DNA of 63,748 nt, the filler included, from Octopus bimaculoides (Eukaryota): NCBI RefSeq assembly GCF_001194135.2. It is 4 parts of 4 records of this genome, joined end to end, with 100 filler letters (N's around TTAATTAATTAA, not from the genome) between each part and the next. Parts side by side here need not be neighbours in the genome. Positions count along the whole stretch, not along the records: positions 24,991 to 31,898 come from NC_068986.1; positions 31,999 to 47,197 come from NC_068981.1; 2 more parts are not named here. One strand, 5' to 3'. Position 1 is the first letter of the stretch. Each line of letters begins with the position of its first letter. The notes under the pieces were generated by a model. The model was not told the DNA's origin. It did no database searches and was given only the letters and a program-made list of their open reading frames with translations. A program made the translations under genes and the position numbers. Below, piece after piece: positions 27,354 through 39,370 of the stretch.

Positions 27354-27737
27354 TGTTAGCACTCCTTCGCTTACGACGTCGAGGGTTCCTGTTGATCCGA
27401 TCAACGGAACAGCCTGCTCGTGAAATTAACGTGCAAGTGGCTGACCACTCCACAGACACGCGTACCCTTAACGTAGTTCTCTGGGATATTCAGCGTGACA
27501 CAGAGTGTGACAAGGTTGACCCTTTGAATTACAGGCATAACAGAAACAGGAAGTAAGAGTGAGAGAAAATTGTGGTGTAAGAGTACAGCAGGGTTCGCCA
27601 CCATCCGCTGCCGGAGCCTCGTGGAGCTTTAGGTGTTTTCGCAAAATAAACACTCACAACGCCCGGTCTGGGAGTCGAAACTGCGATCTTATGACCGCGA
27701 GTCCGCTGCCCTAACCACTGGGCCATTGCACCTCCAC
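27354..27737 (-). mobile_element. Family C SINE, full length
   Basis: Highly similar to 21949-22327; 13-bp TSD TGTGGAAATAAGT / TGTGAAAATAAGT with one mismatch. Confidence 0.95.
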
Positions 27738-28067
27738 TGTGAAAATAAGTACCCTCATTTAAACTACAAGGATTTCAGCGAACCTGATGAACGATTGGAT
27801 TGACTAGTATCGGCTTTTTTTAAAGTCTCATCAGTATTAACTTGCTTCGCCTCAGCTGCCCGCTGAGAAGGAGTAAGCGAAATCTAACGAGCTGTTACGT
27901 GAAAGTATATGTAAGAGAGTATAATTAAGCTAGGCAATGTAATTAAGTTAGACTGACTGGTTAAGATAGACATCAATTTTTCTCATTTTTATACTTATTT
28001 TCTGTCCATTTATTCCATTATCACCGCCATGCTCACACTTCCTCGGCTGTATACGCGCGCGTGCGCA

Positions 28068-28109
<42 letters not shown>

Positions 28110-28729
28110 TGTGTGTGTGTGTGTGTCTATCTATCTGTCTGTCTGTGTGTTTATCTGCGTATATGACAATAAAGGGGACAACAACTGTAGGTGGCAGTGC
28201 TAATCATAGCCGTTCCGTGAAAGATGACGAAAAACATGCGAAACGGACCCCCAACACACGTTACATGAACAACAAAACTGAATTATAAAGGGGGTTGAGT
28301 CACAGGTCAGTGTTGGGTGGGTTATATGTCAGTAAACCTGTTTCCGGAAATAGGAGAGAGAGGGAGTTGAAATAGAGAGAATGTGGTCCGGGCGGGATCG
28401 AGCAAGCAAATGAGAGGTAATCGTTGGGAGATGTGTGCGCGTATGTGTGTTTGTATGTTTGTGTGTGAGTGTAAGAGAGGGAGAGAGAGAGAGAGAGAGG
28501 GGGAGAGAGAGAGAGAGAATAGGGAGTGGGGGGAAAAGGGTTGAAGGATATACAAAGAGAGAAAATGTGGCACACAGAGAGGCAGAGAAGCACAGTGAAA
28601 GAGGTGAGATTGGATGAGCTATGGGAAAGAAAGAAAGAAAGAAAGAAAAAAAGAAAGAAACAAACAAACAAATTATAGAACAGGGTGAGATTGATGCGAA
28701 ATCTGAGGCAGAGAGACAAACAGACAGAC

Positions 28730-28737
28730 AGACGGAC

Positions 28738-28834
<97 letters not shown>

Positions 28835-28835
28835 C
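28730..28835. repeat. (GATA)n microsatellite
   Basis: Directly visible. Confidence 0.95.
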
Positions 28836-29312
28836 CGAGGAAACGAGAGAAGGTAGAAAATACTGACAGAAATAGAGAAATGGGGACAGAGAGAAAAACT
28901 TAGAGGAATAGAATGCAAGGTAGATACTATTATTATACCTGTCTTTCTGCATATCTCTGACAAAGATAGAGAGAAATCTCAATCTTGTTATCTCTCCCCA
29001 TCTCTCTTTCTTTATGCACACAGATATATATAAATACAAACATACATACATACATACATACATACATACATACATACATACATACGTATGTATATATTAT
29101 ATATGTATGAATATAAATACACACACATATATTATATTAGTTTTCTTAGAGTTTTATTCAAGTCATTCATGAGAGAGTTCAAACTTACAAGGCGTCATGA
29201 CTTTTTTGAGTAAAGAGGGCTCCGGTGTTTGTAAACGTATGGTTGAGTTGGTGTGTTGGTTGAATTGTCGATGCATACATCCAAGTGTACGCGTCTATTC
29301 ACTTGAAGAATC

Positions 29313-29570
29313 TCAGGTGGAGAATTTTTGGAATGTCTTACAAATCTTCACAGTGCTACTAACAGATTGGATCTGGTGAATCCGTGTCAGTATTTGTAGG
29401 TATTTGTGAAAAATTGTGGATACATAACCTAATGTACCTATGATGACAGGTACAAAACAGAATTCATAGTCAGGGTACAAGAGCTGTAAGCTCCGCATTA
29501 ATTTGCCATAAATGTTCTCTTTTTCATGGACTTTTGATTGTAAATTCACATCCACTGGATAGCTGACCTG
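29313..29570 (-). mobile_element. RLE-type non-LTR retrotransposon (R4/NeSL/CRE-like) endonuclease C-terminal fragment
   Basis: Open frame VSYPVDVNLQSKVHEKENIYGKLMRSLQLLYPDYEFCFVPVIIGTLG...TVKICKTFQKF; matches the E(V/I)SCPxD..K..EK..Y..L...VPVIIGxLG pattern of restriction-like endonucleases. Confidence 0.75.
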
Positions 29571-30404
29571 TAAAAGAATGAAGGTAGAAAACTGAAGAGA
29601 AAGGAACTAGTACGTTGTAACAACTTGGTAGATAAAAAAATACGCAGAAGGTGTTGTAAATTAGGATAGATATAGCATAAAGGCATATGCATATATCCGA
29701 AAAATATGCATACGTGCACACACCCTTTACGTGTGACGTATTTAACTGCATGTCTACATTTTCCGAAATTTTCAGATTAGCACTGGTTGCAATAAGATTT
29801 TTTTTTTCAGTATTTTTTTAATAAGTCTTCCAGCCTTTCACTCTTTTCTCCGGTGTACATAAGCTACATGTGTTGCTATCATTTAAATAGTGCCTTGATC
29901 TTTCAAAAATCGCTCAACTGCTGTCATATCTTGAAAACATTACTTTGTATTTTGTTGGCATTGAAAGCGATATATGAAAAAAAAATGGTGGAGCTTATTA
30001 ATTGATAAGCTAAATTGAAGTGCATCCTATCTAATATTATTGTTTGAGACCAGAAAATAAAACCATGTTCTGTTGGGAAGGTCAGTGACACACTTAACGG
30101 CAATGCAGCTGGAAAAGAAAGAAAAGATACAAGAGAATAATGAGATCGCTGAATTATTGATGAAAAATTTAAGAATCTGGCACATAAAATATATTTTAAC
30201 TTTACTAAATATTCTTTCAGCATTATAGCCATTATCATTTGAAAGACATGACAGGCTATCAACTTTCCTGGATCAAAGTACAGCTGACTCTAATTCAAAC
30301 TTTGTATGTTACGGGTGATTATCATAACGAGATCGAAATTTCCAAGATTATGCTAAAATTGAAAGGGTGAATGATGGCTCAAAGGAGGAGAAAAAGAACC
30401 AAAG

Positions 30405-30444
<40 letters not shown>

Positions 30445-30534
30445 CATACAAACATACATATACACATACATATAAATTCTTACACGCACATATTTATGTA
30501 TATATATCAGTATATACATTATATGTGTGTAAGC

Positions 30535-30574
<40 letters not shown>

Positions 30575-30745
30575 CTCCGTGTTTTTCTCCTTGTTTTCTC
30601 CGTATTCTTTCAGTTGAAGAGCGTAGCTCGAAACGTTAAAGACTTTCTCTATTTCCAAGCGTTAAACTAATACATCCTTTTGTTGTTTACACCACCTGTC
30701 CTCGTCTGTTGTTTTTTTCGTAAACTCTCCCATATATATATTATT
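30575..30745 (+). repeat. Direct repeat copy 1 with degenerate minimal hammerhead-like motif (Penelope pLTR-like)
   Basis: TCTTT-CAGTTGA-A-GAGC gta GCTC-GAAA-CGTT-AAAGA at 30606-30642; homologous to 31650-31810. Confidence 0.5.
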
Positions 30746-31134
30746 ATTTTGGTCTCATTGCCTTAGATTTTTCATCGCTTTTATCATGATTAAATTATTT
30801 CATATATTTTTCCTCGTTCGACTTCACTCGTATTACCCTTTTAGGTTTCATCACGTTTTATTCGTATATATTCGTATATTTTATACTATAATGTTTTACC
30901 ATTGGGTGCCCTGATGTTTTAATATATATTTATATTCGATTTATGATAATATGCGGGTGTTATACAGTTGTTTTGACCAATTAGAGCGTTTATTCATTAT
31001 ACCTTTCAATTTATTTCGCCTTTCACCTCAGTGTCATTTGAGCACTTCCAGTTGCAGCTCTATTTTTATTCTTCGGTTTAACGAAATTACTTTTCGGTTT
31101 AACGAATTTATAAAATTACCTCATAGATATTCTT

Positions 31135-31300
31135 TTTATCTGTTTCAGTCATTTGACTGCGGCTATGCTGGAGCACCACCTTTTAGCCTAAGAAATCGCA
31201 TCCCAGGACTTATTCTTTGTAAGTCTGGTATTTATTCTATCGGGCTTTTTTGCAGAAACTTTAGTTACGGGGACGTAAATGGCGGTGACAAACACAGACA
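31135..31300 (-). mobile_element. Family B SINE, 3' module
   Basis: TGTTTCAGTCATTTGACTGCGGC...GTTACGGGGACGTAAA. Confidence 0.85.
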
Positions 31301-31321
31301 CAAAGACGCGCGCGCACAGAA

Positions 31322-31352
<31 letters not shown>

Positions 31353-31394
31353 NNNNNNNNNNCACAACAACACATACACATATACGCAAGCGCA

Positions 31395-31610
31395 GGCATG
31401 GCTATAAGATAAGAAGCTTGCTTCTTAACCACATGGTTCCAGGTTCAGTCCATACATATACATACATACATACATACATACATACATACATACATACATA
31501 CGTACATACATACATACATATGTGTGTGTGTGTTTGATTTCCCTCGCCCTCAGTTGACAACGAATGGTGGTACATTTATGTCCCAGTAACCTAGCAGTTC
31601 ACAAAAGCGA
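31395..31610 (+). mobile_element. Degenerate family B SINE with internal (TACA)n
   Basis: AAGCTTGCTTCTTAACCACATGGTTCCAGGTTCAGTCC, then (TACA)n, then a degraded 3' module. Confidence 0.65.
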
Positions 31611-31649
31611 TCCTGGAGGGACAAACACAGACACACAAACATATATTTT

Positions 31650-31810
31650 TATTCTCTCTCTGTTTATTTCCTCGTATTCCTTTCTGTTGAAGAACGTAGG
31701 CTCGAACCGTAAAAGACTTTCTCACCTTCACGAGCGTCAAACTAATACACCTGCTTGTTGTTCAGACACCTGTCTTTGTCTTTTGTTTCTCTGTAAACTT
31801 CAACCATATA
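31650..31810 (+). repeat. Direct repeat copy 2 with degenerate minimal hammerhead-like motif
   Basis: CCTTT-CTGTTGA-A-GAAC gtag GCTC-GAAC-CGTA-AAAGA at 31679-31716; shares AAACTAATACA and CACCTGTC with copy 1. Confidence 0.5.
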
Positions 31811-31811
31811 C

Positions 31812-31844
<33 letters not shown>

Positions 31845-31848
31845 CATG

Positions 31849-31898
<50 letters not shown>

Positions 31899-32278
31899 NN
31901 NNNNNNNNNNNNNNNNNNNNNNNNNNNNNNNNNNNNNNNNNNTTAATTAATTAANNNNNNNNNNNNNNNNNNNNNNNNNNNNNNNNNNNNNNNNNNNNGT
32001 ACGATGACTTCTGTCCATCATTATATATCCGTGAAAGAGATTTGAATTTATCCGGTTGCATCTCAGTAACATGTGCTTATACAGAATAATATTCAGCACT
32101 GAATATATTCTAATTATTTATAATATAATATAGGATAAACTCTTTATAAGAATTTATCAAGTAGTCAGCGTGAAAAAACCTCATAATGAAAAAAACTCAT
32201 CGTTTTTTTCCCATAAATATATATAAGTTATATAAGGGCATTAACTATATAGTAATGCCTCACGCATATATATATATG

Positions 32279-32335
<57 letters not shown>

Positions 32336-32399
32336 ATGTGTGTGTGCTCATATATATGTAGTAAAATTACTTTGTGTATTGTATAGGCAGTAGTTTGAA

Positions 32400-33485
32400 G
32401 TGCTTAGATAAATTCCCGAGGCACAACATATAAAAATATTTGGCAAATAATAATTGATCAACATGAAGTTACAGGGTGGCAGAAGTATAGAGATTAAGTG
32501 AAATATAGAGTACCTAAATGTTCTCTCTAATCATCCTAGATCAACCCTCAACGGTATAATAAAAGCTATCTCGATTAGAATTTCAAATTTATCAGCGAAT
32601 GAGGAGATATTCAATACTCACGCTCCGTATTATAACCAAACTCTAAAGTTAAGTGGTTTTAAAAGAGATATATTTTACACCCCTGATACAATTCTTAAGA
32701 CCAACATTGTAAATATCTTGAACGGAACTGGGTCACAATACCTTCTCCAATTAAATAAATCAATCAAACATATGAAAAAGCAGTGCATGAATGCGGCTCG
32801 TATATTATCTCAACAAGGATTCTAATCATCGACCCGTAATTCTTAAGAATTTACTTAGCAATTTAGGAAGGTGCATATCATCAATGTCTTTAGACGAAAC
32901 AGCGTTTCAAAATGCTGCGCTGTATTATAATGATGCATTAAGAAACATGGATTTTCGGAGAAGGTTAGTATAGCTAAAGCTTAACACTAATAGAACGCAT
33001 AGGACTAGAACCAGGAAAATCTTGCGGTGTAATCCGGCATTTAACATCGCTGTAATAATTAATATACATAGGACATTCTTGAATCTAGTTTCTAAACACG
33101 TTCAAGCAAATAACAAGTACCATAGAATTTTTAACAGCAGAACGCTGAAGGTTAGTTTTTCTTTTTGCAAGAATTTCGCCTCTTTGATTAACCAGCAGAA
33201 CGCGAAAATTATCAGGAATGGCCACAGTACCCGAAATAATCACGGAAAGAAATGTAATTACAAAGGCCAAATTTGCTGTCCATTATGAGGAAATTGTCTG
33301 CAGAAAGGAATTGTATATAGGACTAAGGTACAAATAGACGGCTCACAAATATATAAGACATATGCAGGGACCACGGAAAATTCCTTGAATCTTAGTCTAT
33401 ATTCCCATCGAAATTAACTTCGGTACCCTAAAAATAGGACAGCACCGAGTCTAGCTAAGCATGTCTAGCATTTGAAAGAGAGATC
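32400..33485 (+). mobile_element. Penelope-like element: RT thumb, linker and GIY-YIG endonuclease (decayed; Naiad-like assignment is inference)
   Basis: SNHP..ILKNL thumb motif, R..KILRCNPAF (WFNPP-like), KKCNYK..CCPL*GNCL cysteine linker, IVY...YAGTTE (GIY-YIG-like), SLAKHV*HLKE; several stops and frameshifts. Confidence 0.85.
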
Positions 33486-34278
33486 CCCATTTTTTATTAT
33501 TATCATTTATATTTTCATAGTATTTCATAAAATGTCTTTATAATGATATTAAAATCTGTTGGTTTTATATTTATGAATATCTATATACACTCTAACTAAT
33601 CAATACTTACTGTTGCAGCGTGTACATTACATTACCAAGCATACATATTTGGTTAGGCCTACAAAGGTTACTCATATTCATATTACACAAAATAATGTCT
33701 TTAGTACTTTAACATTAATTATACAATTGATTTTATTACGTTTTGCTTGATTTATACCCCCAAAATTGCATACTTCATTCTTTCTTTTAACAATTTTCAT
33801 ATCTATATACAACACGCCAGACACACAGCTCTGTGTGTATATATACGTATATATATATATATATATATTGATGTCTATATATATATGTGTGTATGTGTGT
33901 GTGTGTATACATTGGTGAGTGTATGTATGTCTGTACGTGTGCGTATATGGACATGCGTATATACACACGATTACTTTATTACAACTCATCCTCTTTTCCT
34001 CCATTTTAATTGTCATTTTATTTTCCGTCTTGATACATTGTTCATGGACGCTACATTGTTAACATTGAAATGATGACTATTTCTCTTCTTTTTTTCTTTC
34101 TTGTCGTCCACCCCTCCCGGCACTTAGCTGACTTATTTATTTTCTTCTTTCTTTAACTAGCGACGGGAAATGTTGTGTGTGTTAGACATGTGTACTGTAT
34201 ATGCATGTGTTCATTAGCCCATACTTGCGCATGGTGACTTAAGTTTATATATGTTTATGTAAGTATCTGTGTATACGG

Positions 34279-34351
<73 letters not shown>

Positions 34352-36051
34352 GATGTTTGCCTCTATATGTTTGTATGTATGTATGCATGTATGTGTATAA
34401 CAATATATACATGTATATATATATGTGTGTGTGTATGAATATGTATGTATGTATAGTATGTATATGTATATACGTATGTATGGGTATTTGTATGTGAATG
34501 TGTGTAACTATGTAATGTATGTATGTATGTATTTATGTATATATATATATTAAAACGTAAAACGTAAAATGAAAACAAAACACAAGGGATTATATGAATG
34601 TATGTTTGTATGTGTATATATATGTGTGTCTGTGTGTGTGTGTGTTTGTGTGCGTGTATGTGTGTGTGCGTATATATCCCCCTGTCTATTTGTATGCGTG
34701 CCTATGTGTACATATTTTTTTGCATTTGTATGCGTGTAAGTATAATTATATTTATGTATATGCATATGTTTTTTGTATTTATGTTAATATATGCGCATGT
34801 ATTTTGTATGTATATGTATATAGTTTTTCATACGGGTATTTTTACATGAATGTGTGTGTATGAATTGCTTATATAAAGAGATACCCGTTACTGTTTTATT
34901 AAGATCTACGAGCTTTCTCAATAGGGTTAAATTTTTAAAAAACAAACTTACATTTATATTAAATTAATTATTTATTTACCATTACTTGATTTACTCTGCA
35001 CGTGTATGATTTCTTTTTAACCTAAATGTTTTTGGCCTCACGATTTTATTCGATTTTATACCACACGATATTTATCTAATCTTATTTTTATTTTCAATTT
35101 GTATATTTACTGACTCGTAGAAACGACCGTAGTATGCATATTCATATAGCCTATGACAGGTTCAACATATAATCATATATAACATGAAGCCAACGGAAGA
35201 TTTTAAGTTACCAAAGTTATGTTCCACTCGCGATAAATTTATCCCAGTGCAAAGTAAACCGAACGTTAGTCATAAATCTCAAATGTCCAAGATTAGAATG
35301 GGCTAAGAAGAAAATTTATCAAATGTTGTGTGTTCTAAAAGTGTCTTCGTAAGTCACCATAAAGTGATTGCTAGGTGAATGCCTCCCTATCTATTCACAA
35401 AATGTGCAATAATTTACCCATGTTAGTTAGATATTGTAATTCTATGATTGTAAGTACAAGAAAATAAAATGAATAGCCTTTGTTTCACAGTTACCGAACT
35501 TGAATTCTATTAATATTATGAAGGCAAATTTGAACAGTAAATATATGGAGAATTAGTTTCAGTCAGCCTCTGTATTTACATACTTACAATTGCGAATAAA
35601 GAGGACAATAAAAAATAGTACCATAGAGAAAGGAATGTATGATATACAGAAACTCAATTTAGCCATGTAAATCGTTAATATAACTTCTCATAACTTTTGG
35701 GCAAAGAAAATGTTCATAAAAATATATAAAAATATTGTTTAACTAAAACACTCGCGTATTATATTTCAATTTGAAATTTCATAAGCGTTTCCTAATAAAA
35801 TAAACATATATCTATATATATTTCGTAATATCATACCAAGCAAACAGTATGCTGTCTATTCCTTTTATGTACTGTACTAAATGACCGTATATAAATTAGT
35901 ACTCGTTCACCTCTTACTTTATGTTCTGTGTGTATTACGCGTTTAATGTCAAATTTTGTATCATGTGTGTTAATAAATATGGGATTTACAATAACAGCCT
36001 TTTTCGACCATCTTTCATATTAGTAATACACTCATCTTATTATCTATGTCT

Positions 36052-36151
<100 letters not shown>

Positions 36152-36275
36152 TCATATAAAAGAGTGCATATAGATATATATACAAAGAGACTATTTATGG
36201 CAGTATATTTATATATGTGTATGTGCGTGTGAGTGTGTAAATATTTATATATATATATATGCATATCAAACATTA

Positions 36276-36602
36276 CTTGTTTCAGTCATTTCGCAGCAGC
36301 CATGCTGGAGCACCGCTTTGAAGAGTTTTAGTCGAACAAATCAAACATAGAACGTACATTTCAAGTCTACTACTTATTCTATCGGTATCTTTAGAGTACC
36401 GTTAAGTTACCGGGACATAGACACACCGGCGTCAGTTGTCACGCGTGGTGAGGAACAAGTACAATGACAAAGATACATACACATAGATATATATGTACTC
36501 ATATATACGACGAGCTGTTTCTACTTTCCGCCTACCAAATCCACTGATAAGGGCTTGGTTGAACCGAGCCTATAGAAGAAGCAATTGACCAAGGTGCTAC
36601 GC
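36276..36602 (-). mobile_element. Old family B SINE
   Basis: TTACTTGTTTCAGTCATTT...CATGCTGGAGCACCGC 3' module and CGCCTACCAAATCCAC 5' module. Confidence 0.85.
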
Positions 36603-36768
36603 GTGGCATCTTGGTCAATTGCCTTCTTCCATTGGCTCGAGCCGACCAAAGCCTTCTTGGTGGATTCGTTAGGCGGAAACTAGAAGAAGCCCATCGTATA
36701 CATGTATATGTGTATATCTATGGGTATGTGTCTTTGTCACTGTGTTAGATCCCCTCCCACAGCTTGAC

Positions 36769-36775
<7 letters not shown>
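36602..36775 (+). mobile_element. Inverted (foldback) copy of the family B 5' module
   Basis: Reverse complement of 36503-36601, centred on the palindrome ACGCGT at 36599-36604. Confidence 0.85.
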
Positions 36776-36820
<45 letters not shown>

Positions 36821-37879
36821 GTATATATATATATGTATATATATATGTGTGTGTGTGTATGTATATATGTACATGTATATGTATACATATATATCCATAC
36901 ATATATGCATGTATATATATACATACATATATATATGTATATATATATATATGTGTGTACGTATGTACATGCATAGATTTTTTCTTTAATTGCTATGTAT
37001 GTGAGAAGAAAATATGTAAGAATGTATATTTCACACTGTCCATTCTCTTTGCATTAATATCATGTATACATTAACACACATTTCACTGCATATAAGTTTA
37101 TGTGTCATATTGTGCAGTACATGCTTTCAGGATCCTAAAATTTATTCGTGAATTAACTCATAATAAATGTATCATTCGCAACATTTCTCAATTAGATATT
37201 TATTTAAGTCGAAGTATATCACGGATGGCCTCTGTGTTATTCTTTCCGCTGCCTGTCGATGCACTAGTTACGATGTAAGAAACTAATATATGCAGTCTAA
37301 TAATTAAATAGTTTAATATCGTCCGGAGAACTTTGTCTAAACAGATTATTCGTCTAGGTAACCCACAGCTAATTTCTACTATATCGTATAACATCATAAT
37401 TTATGTGGCGTACGTATGGTACATTGTAAATATTACTTTAAGATTAGCCTGAATTAATAGCACTACTATTTTTTCAGAAGTCGGGATCCAATTTATTAAA
37501 TAACTTGCTTCCTTGAACCGCTGTTTCATTGGATAAATTCATATAGTTCTGTTTATTATATAGAGCTTGTCAGGAATTTAAAATAATATTAATATTATAG
37601 AGTACAATGAAAGCATTTATTTTTTCTTGTTGATATTGAAAGTAACGGCGTTGTATATAAATTCTTCTATAGGCGACTTATATAGTAAATTTGATAAACA
37701 GCGGCAGAGGGCATGAATATTTACATACATTTATATGCTCTCATCTTCCATCTAGACAAACACACATAATTACTTTACTTGTTAATTGCCATGTAATCTT
37801 CACACGTTCTTTATATCACAAAAGCTTTAACTTCATAACAGTGCACATTATCCCAGTATATATTTAGCTGAGAAATATA

Positions 37880-38745
37880 TATTACACCATCTGGTGTATG
37901 AAGGGATTTGACACTGCAGCCCTCAGCTGTGCCTTATGTCGAGTCATTGGTTCTTCTGATATTGTGGATAGGAGAGTATCCAGTTTCTTTTTGAAGACTT
38001 CTACATCTATATCATGTAAGTTTCTCAATTAGTTTGGCAGATCATTGAAGAACGGTGGTCCTCTGAACCCTGGGCTATTGCAGTACATGGATCTTATATG
38101 AGATGCATTGGACGGTAACTTCGGTGCTATGAAGGGGCGTCCAGTACGAGCATTCATATAATATTGATGCCAAAATTAGGTACTAGCCCTTCCAGGATTT
38201 TCCACATATAAATTATTACATATCTTTCAGGTCTGCGCACAATGGAGTAGAGTCGTAGATCTTTCAGCATCTACCTCTAGTTCATCTGTTGAACTGCAGC
38301 AATCTTTTTAATGTAGTGTCGCTGGATTGCTCCGGTGTTAGCTTGACACAGTCTGGTGACCACAGCTGAGAGCAGTACTCTAGGCGGCTCAGGATAAAGG
38401 TCTTCCATAGAGTCAGCATGACTTCTTGATCTCTTGTTCTGAATGTCCTTAGTATCCATGCCGCCAGTTGTCTGCACTTTGTTGCCAACTTGGTAATGTG
38501 CATGTCAAATGATGCATCATTACAAATACTGATATCCAGGTCACTTAGCGTTTGTGACTCTGGGATTGCAGTACCTGCGAGTCTTGGAAATGCCGGTTGT
38601 GGAGCATGTGTGATCTTATACCGTAGTGTTTGACATTTTTCAGCATTAAATTGCATTTTGGTTTGCTCTTTCCACTTGTATATTGCATTTAGGTCGGGCT
38701 GCAAGTTTACTATATCATTAGGATACTTTATTGCCTGTGATAATT
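37880..38745 (-). mobile_element. CR1/L2-like LINE ORF2 3' part (RT C-terminus onward), decayed
   Basis: IKYPNDIVNLQPDLNAIYKW..MQFNAEKCQTLRY..SDLDISI..ILRTFRTRDQEVMLTLWKTFILSRLEYCSQLWSP, then IQRHYIKKI..ERY.IIYMWKILEGLVPNFGI after a frameshift. Confidence 0.92.
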
Positions 38746-38747
38746 GT

Positions 38748-38814
<67 letters not shown>

Positions 38815-39144
38815 ACCCGTATATGCATATTATNNNNNNNNNNNNNNNNNNNNNNNNNNNNNNNNNNNNNNNNNNNNNNNNNNNNNNNNNNNNNNNNNNN
38901 NNNNNNNNNNNNNNNNNNNNNNNNNNNNNNNNNNNNNNNNNNNNNNNNNNNNNNNNNNNNNNNNNNNNNNNNNNNNNNNNNNNNNNNNNNNNNNNNNNNN
39001 NNNNNNNNNNNNNNNNNNNNNNNNNNNNNNNNNNNNNNNNNNNNNNNNNNNNNNNNNNNNNNNNNNNNNNNNNNNNNNNNNNNNNNNNNNNNNNNNNNNN
39101 NNNNNNNNNNNNNNNNNNNNNNNNNNNNNNNNNNNNNNNNNNNN

Positions 39145-39249
<105 letters not shown>

Positions 39250-39265
39250 TATACATACACATACA

Positions 39266-39370
39266 TACGACTGACTTCTTCCAGTTTTCGCCTACCAAAT
39301 CCACTGATAAGTCTTTGGACAGCCCGTGTCTATAGAAGAAGGCACTTGACCATGGAATCACGCATTGGCG
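39266..39370 (-). mobile_element. Old family B SINE 5' module, paralogous to the copy at 36500
   Basis: CGCCTACCAAATCCACTGATAAG and TATAGAAGAAG shared with 36529-36581. Confidence 0.75.

Noticed and set aside
29750-30360. Possible pogo/Tigger-like transposon remnant
   Set aside because: Only vague TIR-like and C-terminal similarity, with no matching TIR pair or TA TSD found
33270-33300. In-frame TGA in the PLE cysteine linker (CCPL*GNC) as possible selenocysteine
   Set aside because: The TGA is not at a Cys position and is easily explained by CGA-to-TGA deamination; the element has other stops
37200-37397. Minus-strand ORF with a Walker A-like ASTGSGK
   Set aside because: Followed by N rather than S/T, no further helicase or ATPase motifs, and no convincing splice sites
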